Shown: in pieces, positions 1 to 12,857 of the stretch
Layout of the letters: the number at the start of each line of letters is the position of its first letter
Numbering within the stretch: the stretch's first letter is position 1
Notes under the pieces: generated by a model
Told to the model about the DNA's origin: nothing
Seen by the model: the letters and a program-made list of their open reading frames with translations, nothing else
The model's database searches: none
Assembly (NCBI GenBank): GCA_038087875.1
Contig: CM075987.1
Span: forward strand, 24,058,001-24,122,000
Direction: 5' to 3'
Origin: Malacoraja senta
Lineage: Eukaryota
Length of the DNA: 64,000 nucleotides
Program-made: the position numbers and the translations under genes

Positions 1-92
1 CATGCGCGTCACGACACGTGCGCCGTGCGTCATGACACGTAAATGATGTCGCGTAAATGACGCGCGAATGACGCCCAAGTGGGACAGGCCCT
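1..92. mobile_element. Right end of Harbinger/PIF-like MITE (same family as 27563-27756)
   Basis: Ends GTGGGACAGGCCCT followed by TAA; body matches the right part of 27563-27756. Confidence 0.8.
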
Positions 93-138
93 TAAGACCC
101 AATGGATTAGTGAGAGCGGTTGAATTGGCGGCTGTAAA

Positions 139-296
139 AGGGCCTGTCCCATTTACCCGATTTTTTCGCCGACTTGCCGGCACTCGTCATAGTCGCAGCA
201 GGACGTCGAAAAGTTTCAACATGTTGAAAATCCAGCGGCGACCAGGAAAAGGTACGACTCTTTGGGCGACTGCTCACCACCCAACAGGCGTCACCC
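139..296. mobile_element. Truncated Harbinger-like MITE related to 8179-8507
   Basis: Starts AGGGCCTGTCCCA; resembles the reverse complement of the right arm of 8179-8507; internal palindrome TTTCAACATGTTGAAA at 214-229. Confidence 0.7.
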
Positions 297-390
297 AGTC
301 TGAAGAAGGTTCTCGACCCAAAACGTCACCCTTTCCTTCTCTCCAGAGATGCTGCCTGTCCCGCTGAGTTACTCCAGCATTTTGTGTCTA
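297..390 (+). mobile_element. Penelope-derived unit with degenerate hammerhead motif
   Basis: CTGAAGAAGGTTCTCGACCCAAAACGTCACC followed by the family tail agagatgctgcctgtcccgctgagttactccagc. Confidence 0.7.
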
Positions 391-1152
391 TTTAAAGAAA
401 GAGTGAGTTACCCCAAAGATGGAAAATTCAATATCATGTCTGGAAGGCCTCAATCTCTCATTCTTTCCGCGGATGCTGAATACAACTGGGTGCATGGGCT
501 GGAGTACAGCATTCTGAGTCTCACATTATGGAGTCTCACAGCGTGGAAACAGGCCCTTTAGCCCAGCTTGCGCACACAGACCAACATGCCCCATCGACAC
601 TAGTCACACCTGTCTACATTTGGCCCATATCCCTGCTAAACCTATCCTACTCCTGTACCTGTTCAAATGTTTTTTTGAACATTGTGATAGTGTTGACAGC
701 CAACGTAAAAAAAAATCATCTTTTCAACTTGATCGCTCTAATTGCCTTTCAAGGTATTAAATACTTATCTGCTAAAGAAATAGTTTGAGCTATTTTCATA
801 TATGAATGCATGAAATGGAAGCTCAGAGAGAGAATAATAAAGCAGATGAAGGGGAGTACTTAATCAAGAAATAAAATAGTTATTAATAAGATTGGGGCAG
901 TTGTCTTAAGGATCATCGTCAAGATGCCAGTCACCCTGTCCATTCCCTATTCCCTCTTTGAATTTCCTCAGGTTCCCCAGCTTTAACCACTTAGATGGTT
1001 CTGGCTTAAACATGCAGCTGAGGTCAGTGACCCTGTTAAAAAGGACAGGCAGCATCACTGGAGAGAAGTAATGGGTAACATTTCGGGTCGAGACCCTTCT
1101 CCAGACTTAACTGGAACTGCCATGTGAAACACATGGCAAAATGCTGTTCCAC

Positions 1153-1563
1153 TGACTCCATTTACACTTCATGCTGCCTTGGCAAGGCCTCAGCATAATC
1201 AAGGACCAGTCTCACCCTGGTCACTCCTTCTTCTCCCCTCTCGCCTCTCCCATCAGGCAAGATATACCGACGTGTGGAAACGCACACCTCCAGATTCAGG
1301 GACAGTTTCTTCCCAGCTGTTATCAGGCAACTGAACCATCCTACCAATAACTAGAGAGCGGTCTCAAACTACGATCTAGCTCACTGGAGACCCTTGGACT
1401 ATCTTTAATCAGACTTTACAGGACTTTCTCTTGCACGAAACGCTAGTCCCTTTATCACGACTCGATTGTAATCATGTATAGTCTTTCCACTCACTGGTTA
1501 GCACGCAACAAAAGCTTTTCACTGTACCTCGGTACAGGCGACAATAAACTAAAATAAACTAAA
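1153..1563 (+). mobile_element. Rex/Babar-like LINE 3' fragment
   Basis: Degenerate ORF2 C-terminus (IIKD..HPGH..F..LPSG..Y...RFRDSFFPAVIRQLN), then AATAAA and a (ACTAA)n tail. Confidence 0.75.
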
Positions 1564-1774
1564 ATGATAAGGAGCGACAGTATCGTTCATTGTTTATTTA
1601 AGTTAGCTTCAATGCTTTTGCTTATTAGCTTGTTTGTGAAAAATCTATATACTTTAATGATATCTTTATTTGTCAACAGTCAGGATAGGAGTATGTTTAA
1701 CATGTCCAAGGATAGTAAAGCATGGGAAGTTGGGGAACTCCTAGGAGTTTCACAGCCATAGCCTCGTCTATTAT

Positions 1775-1961
1775 AGACAAAAATGCTGGAGAAACTCAGC
1801 GGGTGCGGCAGCATCTATGGAGCGTAGGAAATAGGCAACGTCTCGGCCCGAAACGTTGCCCATTTCCTTCGCTCCATAGACGCTGCCGCACCCCGCTGAG
1901 TTTCTCCAGCATTTTTGTCTACCTTCGATTTTCCAGCATCTGCAGTTCCTTCTTGAACAAC
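1775..1961. mobile_element. Fold-back Penelope-derived unit with 14-bp TSD
   Basis: Inverted arms centred on ..aacgtctcggcccgaaacgtt..; GCCTCGTCTATTAT at 1761-1774 and 1962-1975. Confidence 0.8.
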
Positions 1962-2154
1962 GCCTCGTCTATTATGTTATGTTTTCTCACTTCAAATAGA
2001 TATTTGAATTGGTATCCATTTTATTTGATGAAGGTGCACAATCAAAGGTGATATTACTTCATGGCTGTTGTGAATATTAATATTTCTAAACGGGCATAAC
2101 ACTCAATAGACTTTAATTGACAATTAATGCTGAACTGAACACTTTGCTTTTCAG

Positions 2155-2250
2155 GTAGAGCACAAGTGTGAACATTGCCCTGGAGCTGCATTTGATCGAA
2201 GAGAGAGAACTGAATTTGTATTTTTCAAAATAAACTTCACTTTACATTGT
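2155..2250 (+). other. Candidate plus-strand terminal exon
   Basis: Acceptor gctgaactgaacactttgcttttcAG|G; short coding tail (xRAQV* or immediate stop); AATAAA at 2229-2234; unique sequence; no partner exon in the window. Confidence 0.25.
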
Positions 2251-2656
2251 CATCTATGCGCATGTGCTGTATCTGCAGTGGTGTCTGCCACATACTGATA
2301 AGCAGGAGGGGTGTTGTTCTGGGACGCCAGAACCAACTCGTGAGGTGGACCTAACTCAACGAAACACCAGTGAAGGGAGATGCCCACTTGATAACCCCAA
2401 TGATAGACTTGCATCTACACGATAAGTTTTTTTTTAAAGAGTTAGTTAATATGTAGCTAGTTGTTTTTTGCACATGGAGTTATTTATTGAAAGTTGATAT
2501 ATTTTTAGATAATACTTTGGCGTTGGGCTTGGTTTTCTTAGTTGAGCGCTCATCCTGGAGTTATAGCACAAGTACTTTGTGTATTAATTGTAATTTAGGA
2601 TTGGAATGGACCACTACCCATGGGGATTATCTTCATTTCTGAAGTACTTGTACATA

Positions 2657-3045
2657 CAATAGACAATAGACAATAGACAATAGGTGCAGGAGCAGGCCAT
2701 TTGGCCCTTCGAGCCAGCACCGCCATTCAATGTGATCATGGCTGATCATCCCCAATCAGTACCCTGTTCCTGCCTTCTCCCCATATCCCCTGACTCCGCT
2801 ATTTTTAAGAGCCCTTTCTAGCTCTCTCTTGAAAGCATCCAGAGAACCTGCCTCCACCGCCCTCTGAGGCAGAGAATTCCACAGACTCACCACTCTCTGT
2901 GAGAAAAAGTGTTTCCTCGTCTCCGTTCTAAATGGCTTACTCCTTATTCTTAAACTGTCACCCCTGGTTCTGGACTCCCCCAACATCGGGAACATGTTTC
3001 CTGCCTCTAGTGTGTCCAAGCCCTTAACAATCTTATATGTTTGAA
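2657..3045 (-). mobile_element. CR1 LINE 3' fragment, (CTATTGT)n tail subfamily
   Basis: ORF YKIVKGLD...RTRG.SLRI...RKHFFSQRVVSLWNSLP is a typical CR1 ORF2 C-terminus. Confidence 0.9.
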
Positions 3046-3083
3046 CATACATAACCTTGTGTTTCACATGGCAGTTCCAGTTA

Positions 3084-3180
3084 GGTCTGAAGAAGGGTCT
3101 CGATCCGAAACGTTACCCATTACTTCTCTTCAGAGATGCTGCCTGTCCCGCTGAGTCACTCCAGCATTTTGTATCTGTCT
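3084..3180 (+). ncRNA. Minimal hammerhead ribozyme motif in Penelope-derived unit
   Basis: GGT-CTGAAGA-A-GGGTCTCGATCC-GAAA-CG-TT-ACC: core, stem II, palindromic mini stem III and 3-bp stem I. Confidence 0.6.
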
Positions 3181-3299
3181 AAGAAATATCCAAAATATTC
3201 GACTTCCATAGTCAATGCACTGACTGATGTCGGCCAATGTACTGAAAGCCTTCTTGACCACCCTCTCTACCTTGACGTCACTTGCAGGAAAATATGTGG

Positions 3300-4700
3300 A
3301 CATAGATGATAGAAAAATTCAGCACAGGAATAGGCCTTTTGGTCCACAATACATACTGATCTCACCTGCCTGTAAATGATCCATATCCCTCAATTCCCTG
3401 CACTTCCATGTGCCTGTCAAAAAGATTCTTAAATGCCACAATTTTATCTGCCTCCACCGCCAACCCTGGCAATGAGGTCCAGGCCCCCACTACCCTCTGT
3501 GTAAAAGGTTTCCCCGTACACCTCCATTAAACTTTCCCCCTTTCACCCTATAAGTCCTCCATTGTCAGTATTTCCAACACTGGAGGACAAATAGGGTGAA
3601 AGGGGGAAATATTCCCTTTTCAGTCACAAGTATCTATGCCTCCCATCATTTTATATATTTCTATCAACTTTCCCTCCGATGCTCCAGAGAAAACAATCCA
3701 AGTCTATCCAACCTCTCCCTGCAGCTGAAACCTTCTAATCCCGACAGCATTCGGGTAATCCTCCTCTGCACCCTCTCCAAAGCCTACACATATTTCCTGT
3801 AATGGGGCAACCAGAACTGCATGTACCTGTTCTCCTAGATTCCTCTGATTAACAACACTACCCAAGGCCTTATCGTTCACTGTGAAGGTCCTACCCTTGC
3901 TTGATGCCTCAAAATGCAACTCCTTGACACTTATCTGCATCTGCATTATCTCATCTCCATCGGCCATTCCTCAGCCCACATGTCTAGCTGATCAAGATCC
4001 TGCTGTAATTTTTTTAAATCACATCTTCACTATCTGCGCTACCACCCACTTTAGTGTCACCTGCAAACTTATTAATTATGCCTTGTACATTCTCATCCAA
4101 ATCGTTGGTATAAACCATAAACAACAATGGGCCCCAGCACTGATCCCAGAGGCACACCACTAGGCACAGGCATCCAGTCCATCCAGTCCGAAAAACAACC
4201 TTCCACCATCACCCTCTGTGTCCATCCGTGAAGCCAATGCTCTATCCATATAACCATATAACCATAACAGCACGGAAACAGGCCATCTCGGCCCTTCAAG
4301 TCCGTGCCGAACATTTTTTATTTTTAAAATTTTTTTTATTTTTATTTTTTAAATTAAAAATAAAATACTTCCCCCTAGTCCCATCTACCTGCACTCAGAC
4401 CATAACCCTCCATTCCTTTCCCGTCCATATACCCATCCAATCTATTTTTAAAGGATAACATCGAACCTGCCTCCACCACTTCCACTGGAAGCTCATTCCA
4501 CACAACTACCACTCTCTGAGTAAAGAAGTTCCCCCTAATGTTCCCCCTAAACTTCTGTCCCTTAATTCTCAAGTCTCCAGTTGGCTAACTCTCCCTAGAT
4601 CCCATGCAATCCAACCTTCCAGGGCAATCTACCATACGGAACCTTATCAAAAGACTTGTTGAAATGCACAGAGACAACATCTATGGTTTTGCCCAAGACC
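3300..4700 (-). mobile_element. Old CR1 LINE (RT to 3' end), interrupted by a younger CR1 at about 4243-4575
   Basis: Remnants FNKSFDKVPYGRL and WIEHWL..TQRVMVEGCFSDW..VPSGVPLGSVLGP; inner copy has a (GTTATATG)-type tail. Confidence 0.8.
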
Positions 4701-5420
4701 GCAAGAAATCGCAGAGAGTTGCAGATGTACTGTAGGGTGAAAGGGGGAAAGTTTATAGTACTTATAGGGTGAAAGGGGGAAAGTTTAATGGAGGTGTACG
4801 GGGAAACCTTTAACACAGAGGGTAGTGGGGGCCTGGAACACATTGCCAGGGTTGGTGGTGGAGGCAGATAAAATTGTGGCATTTAAGAAACATTTTGACA
4901 GGCACATGGAAGTGCAGGGAATTGAGGGATATGGATCATTTACAGGCAGGTGAGATCAGTATGTATTGTGGACCAAAAGGCCTATTCCTGTGCTGAATTG
5001 TGCCCATCACACAGACCAGACCTACTTCATCTACACTTCACGATGCCTCGGAAAAGCAGCCAACATAATCAAAATCCAAAAGTGAGAGAGCCAAGTCCAA
5101 TTAACTCAAACGTTTCACATCCTGGTATGAAAATATTTTGAAAATGTATTTCAAACTTTACCTAGAGTACCAATTTGTTTTTATCATTGTTCTAATTTAC
5201 TTTCTTCAATATATAAGGAAGTGTATCTATTTTACAAGGGCTTATGTGGTCTATAAGACACAGGGATAATCCATTCAGTCCACACTGGCATTTTCTTCTC
5301 CACTTGAGCCTCTTTTAGTCTTTCATCTGCAAAATCTATTGGCATAGCTCTGTACTCCCTTCTCCATTTTATGATTGTTCAGCCTTCCCTTACAACCCTT
5401 CTATTATACTCCCTTCTATT

Positions 5421-5828
5421 GACTCCATTTATACCTCACGCTGCCTCGGCAAGGCCAGCAGCATAATCAAGAACGAGTTGCCCCCCCTAGGCACTCTCTC
5501 TTCTCCCCTCTCCCATCGGGCAAGAGGTACAGAAGTGTGAAAATGCACATCTCCAGATTCAGGGACAGTTTCTTCCCAGCTGTTATCAGGCAACTGAACC
5601 ATCTCTACCACAACCAGAGAGCTGTGCTGAACTACTATCTACCTCATTGGTGACCCTCGGACTATCCTTGAATCGGACTTTACCTTGCACCAAACGTTAT
5701 CCCCTCATCATGTATTTGTACACTGTAAATGGCTCGATAGTGGTCATGTATTGTCTTTCTGCTGACTGGCTAGCACGCAACAAAAGCTTTTCACTGTACC
5801 TCAGTACACGTGTCAATAAACTAAACTA
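5421..5828 (+). mobile_element. Rex/Babar-like LINE 3' fragment
   Basis: Same family as 1153-1563. Confidence 0.75.
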
Positions 5829-6624
5829 GTGTTCATCTAGATCACTTATTGTGTTGATGTTCTATATTCAGCCACAAATCCTTTCAGAGCAAAGAGACTA
5901 ATGAAAACCATTCCATTTTCTCACAGGATCAAGATAAATCCACAGCTAATAAAATGACTAACGACATTCATGAATTACCTAGATTATGTATATTGATTGT
6001 GGAAACACTCTCGAGCTGCTTTATTTCAGTATTTGGCCAGTACGACCAGCTATTTTGGGATAGATTTTGTCTTTTAGCGCAATGTAAGTGACAGTATGTC
6101 AATATTCTATTCTACATTTCTCCTGATTTTTACTTCTATATATAGTTAGTACTTCCATTAATTTGAATCCTCTTGATGATAGACTATTCAGTCCAAAACA
6201 TAAATCTTCAAATCCCATTTCACATAAGGAAAGCATCAGCAGATCGATAAAATTGGATTAACATAATTTTAAAATCAGTTACTTTTATTACTGTTATAAG
6301 AGGTTACAAGTCCAATAAAATAATAGAATTTATTGGATGATAGTAAAATGAATTGAGAGACCTTTCATCAAACAAGTTTTGTTTCTCTTAAACAATACAT
6401 CAAAATATGTATATTGTTTATATGTCCGTGAAGGATAATTATTTATGGATGTTTCCTAATAAGACACGAAAATATCTTTGAGACCTTCCAGCAGAGTAAT
6501 AAATAGATAACTTACACCTTCTCAAATAATTATGCTTTTTAATCAAAGACTTTGAATGATTATCATTTATCAGAGGCTCACCTGAATTCATCTCTTCAAC
6601 TGTGAAGACCAACTGACTTGTCCA

Positions 6625-6997
6625 GATCTTAGCCAGGTCAGGCCACTCCCTCTTCAACCCTCTCCATTCAGACAAACGGTATAGAAGTGTGAAAACACAC
6701 ACCTCTAGATTCAGGGACAGTTTCTTCCCAGCTGTTATCAGGCAATTGAATCACCCCCACCATGACCACAGAGCAATGCTGAACTACTATCTACCTCTTT
6801 GGTGACCCCCGGACTATCCTTGATCGGACTTTGCTGGCATTACCTTGCACTAAACGTTATTCCCTCACCATGTATCTATACACTGTAAATGGCTCGATTG
6901 TAATCATGTATTGTCTTTCTGCTGACTGGTTAGCACGCAGCAAAAGCTTTTCACAGTACCTCTGTACACGTGACAATAAATTAAACTGAACTAAACT
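6625..6997 (+). mobile_element. Rex/Babar-like LINE 3' fragment
   Basis: Same family as 1153-1563. Confidence 0.75.
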
Positions 6998-8178
6998 GTA
7001 CCTGTTGCTTCTCTTAACATGTGTAGAGACTTGAACTCAACAAAATAGAAAGCCAATATACAATCTCAGGTGGGGTTCCTTACTTTTTACCTAAACACTA
7101 AGCCTCCAGAAAGCCACGCCCTACTTTAATCTCTCATTGTGTTCTCTGTCTTCCGACACTCCCAGAGTTTTCATTGATGGACGTCTGTGTTTTCAAACTT
7201 CTGTACCTCTTGCCTGATGGCTAGGATCTGTTGAGATTTCTGGGGCATATTCACGGGGAGTCCCAGTTTATTGAGCTGGCACAGGCTTAGCTGCTAGTGA
7301 TCCCTTCCGCCCTTCAGGCAGAGACTGCGGAATCTCGTGTGATTCATCAATGGGCTCTTTGTGGAGTCCAACGGGGCAGCATGGACTCCTGCAGACTTCC
7401 CAGTCTTAAACCTGGCCAAAACCCAGCAAGTCTCTGCAAACGAATGGGAAAGGGGCCATCAGGAGAAAGGTGAGTTTAGTTTCATTATGTACTTATTTTC
7501 AATATCCTAACATTATTAAAATACGTGTGTTTTTATTGCAATCTGCTAATAAAAAGTTTTATATAATATTTTTTTTTTTTAATAGTTTCCAAGTGTTGCT
7601 GAATGTTTGCAAATATCAACAGAATTCACAACCGCTCAAAGCTCCATTAATTTGTCCAACTTTGGCATCCCTTGCACCAGAGAACGGGAGTGGGCAGATT
7701 AGGATTCACCGGCTATCAAAACCGTTCAACGAGTGCGGTGATATAACTTGCCCTGAGATGCAAGGCTCTGCAGGTGCTGGTATCTTTGAGCTAAACAAAG
7801 TGCTGGAGGAATTCGGCGGGTTAGGCAGCATCTGTGGAGTGAATGGATGGATGATTTTTGGGTCGGGACCCTCTGCAGACTTGTCCTGATTTAGCCCCTA
7901 CACTGCGATTCACACACGCCCAAGTACTGACAGTCATACTCACACTCTGAGACAGTGTGTGCAAGTGGCAGGGAACCAGTAAGGTTGTGCCAATGAATAA
8001 TCGGACATAGCCACGGTCTGACAAAGGGTCTCGACCCGAAACGTTACCTCTCCATGTTCTCCAGAGGTGCTGCCAGACCTACTGAGTTACTCCTACACTT
8101 TATATCCTTTTGTGTATTAATAAACATTTGCAGTCTTTGCGTCTACATTTTGACTGCTCCACTGCAAAAGGTACCTTA

Positions 8179-8507
8179 TGGGCCTGTCCCACAAGCGGTT
8201 TTTTTTAGGCAACTACAGGCGATTAGTTTGTCACCACATCTTCGCCGGTGGTCGCCGGGAGTAGTCTCCTCAGTCGCGCTAAATGTCGTAGCGTTTTTCT
8301 GGTTGCCGCTAAATTTTTAACGTGTTGAAACATTTTTGGAGACAGTGGGTTAGACGCCAATGAGCGTAGCTTGACTTCTCCTGACGTAGGTGCTGTCGTA
8401 GGTTTTAACCAGGGTGACTTCGGTTGTCGCCGTTTTTTCAGCGACCTGCTACGGCTATGACAGTCGCCGGCAGTTGCCTAAAAAAATCGGCCAGTGGGAC
8501 AGGCCCA
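8179..8507. mobile_element. Harbinger/PIF-like MITE
   Basis: Perfect 14-bp TIR TGGGCCTGTCCCAC/GTGGGACAGGCCCA; TTA TSD at 8176-8178 and 8508-8510. Confidence 0.9.
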
Positions 8508-8799
8508 TTACTCTTTAAGCTATGCCTACTTTGAAGAAGGTCCTCCCTTTCTCCGACAGGAGTTCTGTGAGACCCTCTCTCACTGTTCCGCCTCTGTGAT
8601 CTCTGCTGCTCTCCCGCTCCATCTTCTGACCTGGACTCGATACCACAGCCGCATGTGTTTCCTCAAAACTTGGCCTGTGCCCTCTATGGGCTCTAAAGAC
8701 GAGTCTCCACCCGAAACATCACCTATCCATATCCTCCAGAGATGCTGTATGTAGGAAGGAACTGCAGAGTCTTGGTTCTTGGTTTCTTGCTCCTCCAAA

Positions 8800-9168
8800 C
8801 TATTCCAAATGGAATTTAAACTGGAGGTGGTGGAGGGAGGACTTAAGCCAGAAAGGGTTTTTGGGAAGAAAGAGCTACCTTAAATTTAGTTGCATCTGGT
8901 TGGGTAACTATAGTAGGGTGGAGATTATTCCATGCTTTAATTGTGCGGGGGAAGAATGAATTGCTGTACACATCTGTCTTGGTAGCTGGAATCACAAATT
9001 GGATCGAATGCCCTCGTCTGCTCCTAATTGGTTTGGGTTTGTTGTAGGTTTTGTAATCTATGTCGAGCTGACCATTTAACATTTTGTAAAAACAGGTCAA
9101 ACGGTGAGCTTCACGTCTGTCTTGGAGAGGGTTCCACCCCAGAGAATTCAGAAGTTTGGTAACACTTC
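8800..9168 (-). mobile_element. CR1-group LINE 3' fragment distinct from the dominant CR1s
   Basis: ORF CFYKMLNG...RSRRGHS.QF.IP...TDVYSNSFFPRTIKAWNNL. Confidence 0.7.
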
Positions 9169-9169
9169 T

Positions 9170-9450
9170 GCTAGTTTACACCGAAGATAGACACAAAACA
9201 CTGGAGTAACTCAGCGGGACAGGCAGCATCTCTGGAGAGAAGGAAAGGGTGACGTTCCGGGTCCTCTGAAGAAGGGTCTCGACCTGAGACGTCACCCATC
9301 CCTTCTCTCCCGAGATGCTGCCTGTCCCGGTGAGTTACTCCAACATTTTGTGTCTGTCGCCGGAGCTGCTGCCTGAGCTGCTGAGTTATTCCAGCACTTT
9401 GTGTCCTTTGGTGTATTAAGCAGCAACTTGCAGTTCCTTGTTTCTACATA
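9170..9450. mobile_element. Fold-back Penelope-derived unit with hammerhead motif
   Basis: Inverted arms meet at gtgacgttccgggtcctCTGAAGAagggtctcgacctgagacgtcacc. Confidence 0.75.
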
Positions 9451-10016
9451 ATCATCACGTTTGATTTGCTTGTGAGAGCTCATGATGCACAAAATGGCAA
9501 TATTGTTCCCCGAAATTGACCATGCTTCAAAAATACTATATTGATTGAAGCAAGGAAGAAGTAAGACTTTTTTTTACCTTCAATCACAGTGAGGAGGTGC
9601 CTGGAGGCGAGTCACTGTGATGGATGTTTGTGTTAAATTTATGTAATTGTGTGTTTTGTGTTTGCTTTTTATTGTTATGAATGAGAAATAAATTTTTTGA
9701 ATGAGAAATAAATTCAATTCAATTCATCTTGCTGCATGGCTTCAAAGATAGTTTCTGAACAGCCGACCATTTTTTCCTTCTTTCTTTGATTCCTCCCAAG
9801 TATGGAAGCTATGACAGCTTACAAAATTACTGCCAATACACACTCCATTTACAACATTTACAATCTCACCTCACACTAGGTGACAGTGGTGACATTATTC
9901 ATTGAGTACATGAGTTAGAAATGTGTTCTGGAACCCTAACAGCAGCTGAAACGATTTGAATGTCATCCAAGTCAAGGTATTAAAGTCTAGAGAATGAGCT
10001 TTACTAAAACTGGAGT

Positions 10017-10602
10017 TTAGTTTGTTTTAGAGATACAGCACAGAAACCAGGCCCTTCGGCCCACTGCGTCCATGCCGACCATCGATCCCCGCACACTAAC
10101 ACTCTCCTACACACTTGGGACAATTTACCATTTTACTGAGGCTGATTAACCGACAAATCTGTATGTCTTTGGAGTGTGGGAAGAAACTGGAGCACCCAGA
10201 GAAAACCCACACAGGTCACGGGGAGACATGTACAAACTCTTTGGCACTGTAAAAGCCCTGTCCCACCGTACGAGCTCATTCCAAGAGCTCTCCCGAGTTT
10301 GCCCTGATTCGAACTCGGAGATTTACGGTAATGGCCACTCGTCGGTACTCGGGGCTCTCGAGGACATTTTTCATCAAGTTGAAAAATCTTCACGAGTCTT
10401 CCTGTGCTTACCTGCCGTTAGCGAGTCTTCCCGAGTACCTGCCGTTAGCGCTAAAAGACGTCCCCGAGCTCCGACGTACCCGCTACGTTCATTCTCCGTG
10501 CTTACCACGAGTTTGATTTTTATTTTACTCGGGAGAGCTCTTGGAATGAACTCGTACAGTGGGACAGGGCTTTAAGGCAGCAATTCTACCGCTGCATCAC
10601 CG
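10017..10602 (-). mobile_element. HE1-like tRNA/V-SINE interrupted by a MITE
   Basis: V-domain, CR1-like tail with (CTAAA)n; head split at TAA. Confidence 0.85.
10253..10572. mobile_element. Harbinger/PIF-like MITE (long-TIR family)
   Basis: About 45-bp TIR AAGCCCTGTCCCACYGTACGAGYTCATTCCAAGAGCTCTCCCGAGT; TAA TSD at 10250-10252 and 10573-10575. Confidence 0.9.
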
Positions 10603-11540
10603 TAAATTCTCATATAGAAAGAAAAGTTTATAATTCTCATTATAAAGAAAAGGTTCGAAAATTGAGCTTTTGAATAGATAGACAGTCAGAACCTTTGTCC
10701 CAGGTGGAAATGTCAAAGACTAGAAGGTGAGTGGAACAAAGTTTAAAGGCGACGTGCAGAGCAAGTTTTTGTTTACACATAGAGAGAGGGTGCCTGTAAC
10801 TTGTTCACAGGGGTGTTAGTGGAGCTGGATGGAGGTAGAGTCCAGGACCAGAGGTCACAGCCTCAGAATTACAGGACATTCCTTAAGGAAGGAGATGAGG
10901 AGGAATTTCATTAGTTGGATGGTGGTGAATCTGTGGAATTCACTGCCACAGAAGGCAGTGGAGGCCATCAATGGATATTTGTAAGGCAGAGATAGATAGA
11001 TTCTTGATTAATATGGGTGCCAAGGGTTATGGGGAGAAGGCAGGAGAATGGGGTTAAGAGGGAGAGATAGATCAGCCATGATTGAATGGTGGAGTAGACT
11101 TGATGAGCTGAATGGCCTAATTCTGCTCTGATCACTTCCGAACATGATATGATCGTGGCATTAAAGAGGGTTTTAGATGGGCACCACAGGGAATGGAAGG
11201 CAATGGATCATGTGTAGGCAGATGGGATTAGTTTATCTTGACATCATGTTTGGCACAGACCTTGTGGGCCATAGGACCAGTTCCTATGCTGTAGTGTTCC
11301 ATGTTCTACGTTCAGAGTTAAAATTGGATGGAGCTGCCAATAACGACCCACACATTTTCTTCGGAAGAGTGTTGTTTGAGAAAACTTTCCTATTGGCAAG
11401 CGCTGCTTTCAGTGCCTTTTTAATTTCTTTTGGAATGATTGAACACTTTTTTTTATGATTCCCTGATGAATCTGCAGCAGTCTACACATCTGGGAATCCT
11501 TCTAACATTTCGTTATTTTTCGGAGTGTGAGCACGGTGGG

Positions 11541-11852
11541 TGGCGCGGTGGAGCAGCGGTAGAGTTGCTGCCTTACAGCGCCAGAGACCCGCGTTCAACC
11601 CTGACTACGGGGTGCTGTCTGGACAGAGTTTGTACGGCCTCCAAGTGGCCGCGTGGGCTTTCTCCATCCGGGTGCTCTGATTACCTCCCACATTCCAAAT
11701 GATGTACAGGTTTGTCGGTTAACTGACTTCGGTAAAAATAGAAAATTGTCCCAAATGTGTGTAGAATGGTGCTAGCGTGCGAGGAACGCTGGTCGGTGCG
11801 GACTCGGTGGGCCGAAGGGCCTGTTTCTGCGATGTATCTCTAAACTAAACTA
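11541..11852 (+). mobile_element. HE1-like V-SINE
   Basis: A/B-box-like head, V-domain, tail gggccgaagggcctgtttc..tatctctaaactaaac. Confidence 0.85.
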
Positions 11853-11970
11853 ATACTGAGAAGATTGACTTGCTGGCCAGAGAGCAGTCAAGGGTCCTGG
11901 AACTCGAGTTAAATGTCAGCCAGACCAGGTAATATTAGCAGGTTACCTTCCCTGTAGGATGTTAGTTAAC

Positions 11971-12470
11971 TAGTTTAGTTTAGTTTATTAATTACGTTTA
12001 TTAGTGTCATGTGGACCGAGGTACAATTAAAAACTTTTTTGTTGCCTGCAATCCAGTCAGCGAAAAGTCTATACATGATCATAAATCAAGTGGTCCACAG
12101 TGTACTGATACAGGATGAAGGAATACCGGATGCAAGATAAAGTCCCGTAAAGTCCGATTGAAGATAGTCCGAAGGTCTCCAATGAGGAAGATTGTAGATC
12201 AGGACTGCTCTCTAGTTGGTGAGAGGATGGTTCGGTTGCCTGTGCTGGGAAGAAACTGCCCCTGAATTCGGAGGTGGACAAAAATGCTGGAGAAACTCAG
12301 CGGGTGAGGCAGCATCTATGGAGCGAAGGAAATAGGCGACGTTTCGGGCGGAGACCCTTCTTCAGACTGAATTTGGAGGTGTGCATTTCCACACTTCTTG
12401 CCTCTTGCCTGATGGGAGCGGGGAGAAGAGGGAGAGACCGGGTTGAGACTCGTCCTAGATGGGTTTTCAT
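11971..12470 (-). mobile_element. Rex/Babar-like 3' fragment carrying a Penelope-derived insert at 12277-12366
   Basis: Insert flanked by CTGAATTYGGAGGTG at 12262-12276 and 12367-12381. Confidence 0.75.
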
Positions 12471-12857
12471 AAGAACCTGGAGATTACGTGGTAATGATTA
12501 TAAAGAATAGCCAATTTAGGACCTAACTTTTAAATTCTCTCAGATTACCTGAAATTAAATTTCACAGTTACCACAGATGGTTATGAATTTTGTGTACCAG
12601 TGATTCTGGGTTACCGTTCTAATAATGTCACCATTGTACCCGTGTACTGCAAATTAAAATGCTTCGCCTACATAAAGGGAGCAACTGGAATCAGAATTTA
12701 GACATGTTGAAAACCAATTAATCTATTGTTGGAAGATGGTCAAGGTACACCTGAGGAGATTCACAGAGTCCTTTCCATCTATAATGTTAAAGTCACTTGT
12801 CAACGGATGAAATTGAAAGAAAGCAAAATGATCCTGAGAAGAACCAAGAGGTAGAAA

